60,737 nt of DNA, from the NCBI GenBank assembly GCA_964407865.1, contig CAYOXC010000004.1, positions 1 to 60,737 of the forward strand. Reading direction: 5' to 3'. The notes beneath the pieces are model-generated. The model worked only from the letters and a program-made list of their open reading frames with translations, searched no databases and was not told the DNA's origin. Every line of letters starts with the position of its first letter. The stretch's first letter is position 1. A program made the position numbers and the translations under genes. Below, piece by piece: positions 55,952-60,737 of the stretch. Source of the DNA: an uncultured Gammaproteobacteria bacterium (GTDB lineage: Bacteria; Patescibacteriota; Patescibacteriia; Magasanikbacterales; GWA2-37-8).

Positions 55952-56483
55952 AAAAAATCCACTTAAACACCCCGACCAGCGAGTTGGGGTTTTTATTGAC
56001 GTGCAGAATATGTATTACAGCGCTAAAAATCTTTTTAGCGCCAAGGTTAATTTTGGCAATATTTTAACCGAAGCCGTTGCTGGTAGAAAGTTAATTCGAG
56101 CCATTGCGTATGTGGTTAGAACCGAGAGCAAAGAGGAACAGCCTTTTTTTGACGCTCTCAACAGCTTAGGTATTGAGACTAAAGAGCGCCCTTTGCAGAT
56201 ATTTTGGGGTGGGGAGAAAAAAGCTGATTGGGATGTTGGTTTGACTGTTGATGCTATTAGATTATCAAATAGTCTAGATGCGATTGTGCTTGTTTCAGGC
56301 GACGGAGATTTTCTGCCATTACTCGAATACTTAAAGATTAACCAAGGAAAACAGATTGAAGTAATGGCTTTTGGTGAGACAACTTCGTCAAAAATGCGCG
56401 AAGTGGCGGATGATTTTACTGATTTAAGCGCTGATAAAAGCAAATTTTTAATTCGTGATAAATATTTTTCTAAAAAGAAATAA
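55932..56483 (+). CDS. NYN-domain (LabA/DUF88, PIN-like) protein
   Basis: 'VFIDVQNMYY', 'KKADWDVGLTVD', 'VLVSGDGDF', 'ADDFTDL'. Confidence 0.88.
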   Translation: MKTNLVKKNPLKHPDQRVGVFIDVQNMYYSAKNLFSAKVNFGNILTEAVAGRKLIRAIAYVVRTESKEEQPFFDALNSLGIETKERPLQIFWGGEKKADWDVGLTVDAIRLSNSLDAIVLVSGDGDFLPLLEYLKINQGKQIEVMAFGETTSSKMREVADDFTDLSADKSKFLIRDKYFSKKK

Positions 56484-56507
56484 TTATTGATAATTTATTT
56501 ATTTAGA

Positions 56508-56562
56508 GTCGGTTCAGAGACACATAGACCTGTCAAAATAGGTCTGTAGCTTCTGAATCGAC
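56508..56562 (+). promoter_or_regulatory. Long imperfect stem-loop in the pnp leader
   Basis: gtcggttcagag..tagacct-gtcaaaat-aggtctg..ttctgaatcgac. Confidence 0.5.
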
Positions 56563-56578
56563 CATAAAGTTCGATTCT

Positions 56579-58810
56579 ATGAACATGAAATCATGGTCCA
56601 TGGAGTGGGGTGGACGTACCCTGTCTGTGGAAACCGGGAAGCTGGCGCTTTTGACCGAAGCTTCTTGTACGGTTCGCTATGGCGACACCGTAATTCTTGC
56701 TACTGCGGCTATGAGTAAACATACCCGCGATGGCATTGATTTTTTTCCTTTGATGGTTAATTTTGAGGAAAAATTGTATGCTGCCGGAAAAATAAAAGGC
56801 AGTCGTTTTGTTAAGCGTGAAGGTCGTCCAACCGATGAAGCAATTCTCTCTGGGCGAATGGTTGACCGCGCTATTCGACCTCTTTTTGATAGTGCCATGA
56901 GAAATGAGGTGCAAGTTATTCTGACTGCTCTGTCATGGGACGGCGAGAATGACTCACAGGTGCCAGCATTTATTGCTGCTTCAATTGCACTTTCCATGTC
57001 AAACATTCCATGGAATGGCCCTATTTTTGGCACCAGGGTTGGGAAAATGGACGGAAAATTTATTTTAAACCCGACATTCAGTGAACGCGATAATGGTACT
57101 TTAGATATTGTGGTTGCCGGTACCCCGGACAAGGTTGTTATGGTAGAGGCAGAAATAAAGGAAGAACCAGAAGACGAAGTGATTGCTGCTATGCAGTTCG
57201 GAGCTAAAGAATCTGAAAAAGTTCTTAGTTTTATTAAGAAAATTCAATCTGAAGTTGGTCAGCCTAAAATTGATCTGCACCAAAATTTAAGCGAAGACGA
57301 AGCAAAGCTACGCCAAACAGAAAAAGAAGTAAGTGATTTTATTGCTTCGCATGAAGATGATTGGATTTTTGACGCACCAAAAAAGGACCGCCGAGAAAGG
57401 GTTGCTCTAGTCGAAAAATTTGAAGAGACTATTAAAGCTAAGCTTGTTGCCGAAGAGAAAGACGAAAAGATTATTAACATTATTTTGGGCCGGGTTAAAA
57501 TTTATGTTGAGGAATTTATCAGTAAAAGAATATTAGAAAAAGGTGAGCGCCTTGACGGCCGTTCTCTTACCGAGATTCGTGATCTATATATTGAAACAGG
57601 GCTTTTACCCCGGACTCATGGCACCGGACTTTTCCAGCGCGGCGATACTCAAGTTCTTTCAGTTGTTACACTTGGGTCTCCTGGTGATGTTCAAACATTA
57701 GAAACAATGGAAGAAGACAGAACTAAGCGTTATATGCACCATTACAATGATACTCCGGCTACTTATGGTGAAACAGGTCCGATCAGGAGTGCTGGTAATC
57801 GTTCTATAGGGCACGGTGCTCTGGCGGAAAGAGCGCTTTTACCTGTTCTTCCTGAGGAAAAAGATTTTCCTTATGCTATTCGCGTAGTTTCAGAGGTTCT
57901 TGGATCAAATGGTTCGAGTTCAATGGCCTCAACTTGCGGTTCATCACTCGCTCTTATGGATGCGGGTGTACCAATCAGAAAACCGGTGGCTGGTATTGCT
58001 ATGGGTTTGGCATCGGATAAATCCGGCAATTGGCGCCTTTTGACCGATCTTCAGGATATTGAAGATGGTCCAGGCGGAATGGATTTCAAAATCACCGGTA
58101 CTGTTGACGGTATTACTGCTATGCAGATGGATACAAAAACTGATGGTTTGAGCTGGGAAATAGTAAAGGAAACTTTCAAGCAGTCGCGCGAGGCACGTCT
58201 ACAAATTCTTGAGGCCATGAAAAAAGTGATTGCTGAGCCGAAAAAGGAAATGTCGCCTTATGCCCCCCGTATTGTTACCATAAACATTGATCCAGAAAAG
58301 ATCCGCGATGTTGTTGGTCAAGGTGGAAAGGTGATCAATAAAATTATTGATGAAACGGGTGTTCAAATGGATATTGAACAGGACGGTCGAGTAATTATTA
58401 CTTCAAATGACGCTGTTGGCTTACAAAAGGCGATTAAAATTGTTGAAGATATCACACATGAAGTGGAAGCCGGTGAAGTATATGATGGCACAGTCGTTCG
58501 TCTTGAAGATTTTGGTGCTTTCGTTAATATCTTACCGGGTAAAGACGGCTTAGTTCATGTTACAGATATTGCCTGGGGCTACACCAGTAAGCCTGGCGAT
58601 GTAATGAATCTTGGCGACAAGGTAAAAGTTGTTGTTAAGGAAATTGACAGTATGGGTCGAGTGAATTTGAGCATGAAAGCTCTATTACCTAAACCAGAAG
58701 GCTATATTGAACGTCCGCCAATGGAAAGACCGCCTCGACGCGGTGGGTTCGGTGGTGGTGGACGCGGCGGAGATCGCCGCGGTGGCGGAGGTTTTAGACG
58801 AGGAAAATAA
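56579..58810 (+). CDS. pnp: Polyribonucleotide nucleotidyltransferase with RGG-rich tail
   Basis: Two RNase PH domains ('GSNGSSSMASTCG'), KH and S1 domains. Confidence 0.97.
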   Translation: MNMKSWSMEWGGRTLSVETGKLALLTEASCTVRYGDTVILATAAMSKHTRDGIDFFPLMVNFEEKLYAAGKIKGSRFVKREGRPTDEAILSGRMVDRAIRPLFDSAMRNEVQVILTALSWDGENDSQVPAFIAASIALSMSNIPWNGPIFGTRVGKMDGKFILNPTFSERDNGTLDIVVAGTPDKVVMVEAEIKEEPEDEVIAAMQFGAKESEKVLSFIKKIQSEVGQPKIDLHQNLSEDEAKLRQTEKEVSDFIASHEDDWIFDAPKKDRRERVALVEKFEETIKAKLVAEEKDEKIINIILGRVKIYVEEFISKRILEKGERLDGRSLTEIRDLYIETGLLPRTHGTGLFQRGDTQVLSVVTLGSPGDVQTLETMEEDRTKRYMHHYNDTPATYGETGPIRSAGNRSIGHGALAERALLPVLPEEKDFPYAIRVVSEVLGSNGSSSMASTCGSSLALMDAGVPIRKPVAGIAMGLASDKSGNWRLLTDLQDIEDGPGGMDFKITGTVDGITAMQMDTKTDGLSWEIVKETFKQSREARLQILEAMKKVIAEPKKEMSPYAPRIVTINIDPEKIRDVVGQGGKVINKIIDETGVQMDIEQDGRVIITSNDAVGLQKAIKIVEDITHEVEAGEVYDGTVVRLEDFGAFVNILPGKDGLVHVTDIAWGYTSKPGDVMNLGDKVKVVVKEIDSMGRVNLSMKALLPKPEGYIERPPMERPPRRGGFGGGGRGGDRRGGGGFRRGK

Positions 58811-58824
58811 AAGTTATATAAAGG

Positions 58825-58852
58825 AAGAGCTCGCTTTTTGCGAGCTCTTTTT
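58825..58852 (+). terminator. Intrinsic terminator after pnp
   Basis: aagagctcgc-ttttt-gcgagctctt followed by a T run. Confidence 0.75.
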
Positions 58853-58936
58853 AGTATTAGTCATAATATTTATTGCGTGACTCTAGTTCTGCCGGGTTGA
58901 TTTTTAGTGGTTTTTATGCTATAGTTTTCTGTGCGC

Positions 58937-59020
58937 GCCGCGGTGGTGGAATTGGTAGACACGCAAGGTTTAGGACCTTGTTTCCGCAAGGGAGTGAGAG
59001 TTCGAGTCTCTCCCGCGGCA
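58937..59020 (+). tRNA. tRNA-Leu(TAG), CCA not encoded
   Basis: GCCGCGG/CCGCGGC acceptor, anticodon loop ttTAGga, long variable arm. Confidence 0.93.
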
Positions 59021-59118
59021 CAGCGCTAGTTACTATTGACGAAACAAGAAAAAAATGCTATATTTTTCTGTTCTTTTTATACAAAAAACCAAAAAAGGCA
59101 CACACAAAAGGAGAAAAA

Positions 59119-59622
59119 ATGGATTTTTTACGGAGGAAAATATTGACCGCATGTTCTTGCTGGATAGTCGCCGCTACTTTTGCATCTTCTTGCATTGTGG
59201 ACGAAGGCGACGACACTGATTCTGATGAATCGCCCACGGTTATCAACACAGAGCCTGACGGCGATGCTGACGCGAACTCTTCGGACCCGGAGCGTGAATA
59301 CGCCGAAATCGAAATCTGCTCGGTTTTGATACGATTTGTTTTTGAACACGGCGAAGGGGTGGAAGTTCAGTTTGAAAACGGCAATGACGCCACAGTGATA
59401 GTTGAGATCGAGAATGAAACTACAGGCGGCTTGACTGTGAAAAATTGCGTTTGGCCGGACGGCGAAGATAACGAAGCCGCATCTTTCAAGAGCGGTGAAA
59501 GATTGTTCATCACCGTATCCCTCGGGGAAGGTGATTTGCTGCAATATTCGTGTTCAGATCTGATCGGCGAGCTGATTGGAGCTTTTGAATTTTGCGATGA
59601 CCGAGAAGTGATTTTTCAGTAG
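59119..59622 (+). CDS. Orphan acidic putative lipoprotein (~167 aa)
   Basis: Promoter TTGACG-N17-TATATT (59036-59064), SD aaggag, signal ending FASSC, terminator at 59653-59681. Confidence 0.65.
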   Translation: MDFLRRKILTACSCWIVAATFASSCIVDEGDDTDSDESPTVINTEPDGDADANSSDPEREYAEIEICSVLIRFVFEHGEGVEVQFENGNDATVIVEIENETTGGLTVKNCVWPDGEDNEAASFKSGERLFITVSLGEGDLLQYSCSDLIGELIGAFEFCDDREVIFQ

Positions 59623-59731
59623 AAGGTTCCGTCGTCCAGATCCGCACATTCTGGCTGCTCAATATTGGGCAGCCTTTTTTTCGCCAAAATATGCATTATT
59701 ATCTATCCACCAAATATCCACATTGAGGGAC

Positions 59732-59760
59732 TTGACATATTTTTATTCTTTTGTTATTAT
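59732..59760 (+). promoter_or_regulatory. Sigma70-type promoter upstream of the 23S rRNA
   Basis: TTGACA-N17-TATTAT with TG extension. Confidence 0.7.
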
Positions 59761-60128
59761 GTTGGAACGATTAATTCCCGCCTAGCGGGGCCACGTCCAT
59801 ATTTTATTGGATACATCGTATCCGCCTGGACCTCTGGGTAAGACCCTTTTTGGGACAGATAATGCAAGTCATTATTAAACAATCAAATCTTACTCGAAGT
59901 ATCCAAGTGGCATAAACTTGATTCAAAAATTGAGCCGCTTGTTGCGGTTCTTTTTTTATCTCACTTTTCCGCTCAATTGCGGAGGCAATGTAGGGCGGAA
60001 GCGATGAGATAGAAAGCGACTGGACTTTGACAATCCAAGCTCAAAATATAAAGCAGAATTAATTCCGATACGAGATCGGGATAAACTGCTGGGGACACAA
60101 TAAAGCACAATTTAGTGCTTCTGTTGTG

Positions 60129-60737
<609 letters not shown>

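Noticed and set aside
58873-59118. N-terminal extension of ORF 58873-59622
   Set aside because: It overlaps tRNA-Leu(TAG). A promoter and SD support the ATG at 59119.

Overview
A 60.7-kb AT-rich chromosomal window that looks like a Patescibacteria (CPR, probably Parcubacteria-type) genome using genetic code 11. This assignment is inferred from gene content, sparse Shine-Dalgarno use and arrays of VirB2/TrbC-like pilins. The window opens inside a giant surface-fibre gene (>4,100 aa) with two 7-bladed YVTN/LVIVD propellers, YadA-like beta-roll repeats, a Peptidase_S74-like autocleaving chaperone and a Pro/Glu tail. It then carries ychF, a pilB-C-M-N-O type IV pilus operon, rpsF-ssb-rpsR, epmA-efp, a P-type ATPase, a flippase, a SpoIID-like hydrolase, ruvB, nrdDG with NrdR boxes, minor type IV pilins, galU, ten pilin-like genes, rpsO-NYN-pnp, eight tRNAs and the 5' part of a 23S rRNA with no 16S upstream. 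The most unusual signal is non-coding. Three tRNAs (Gly-TCC, fMet, His) are each followed by a ~130-145 bp element of one family. Each element has a shared, covarying three-hairpin core, but its ends are tailored to its own tRNA: an antisense copy of the T-arm at one end and a duplicate of the tRNA 3' end at the other. At fMet, a GIY-YIG nuclease gene sits between two such tRNA-3' copies. Other observations: 74-bp tandem repeats built on the tRNA-Gly 5' end, a second covarying inverted-repeat element that runs from a stop codon to the next ATG (two copies), and beta-defensin-like Cys-rich tips on pilins. No database searches or folding programs were run, so novelty is unverified.
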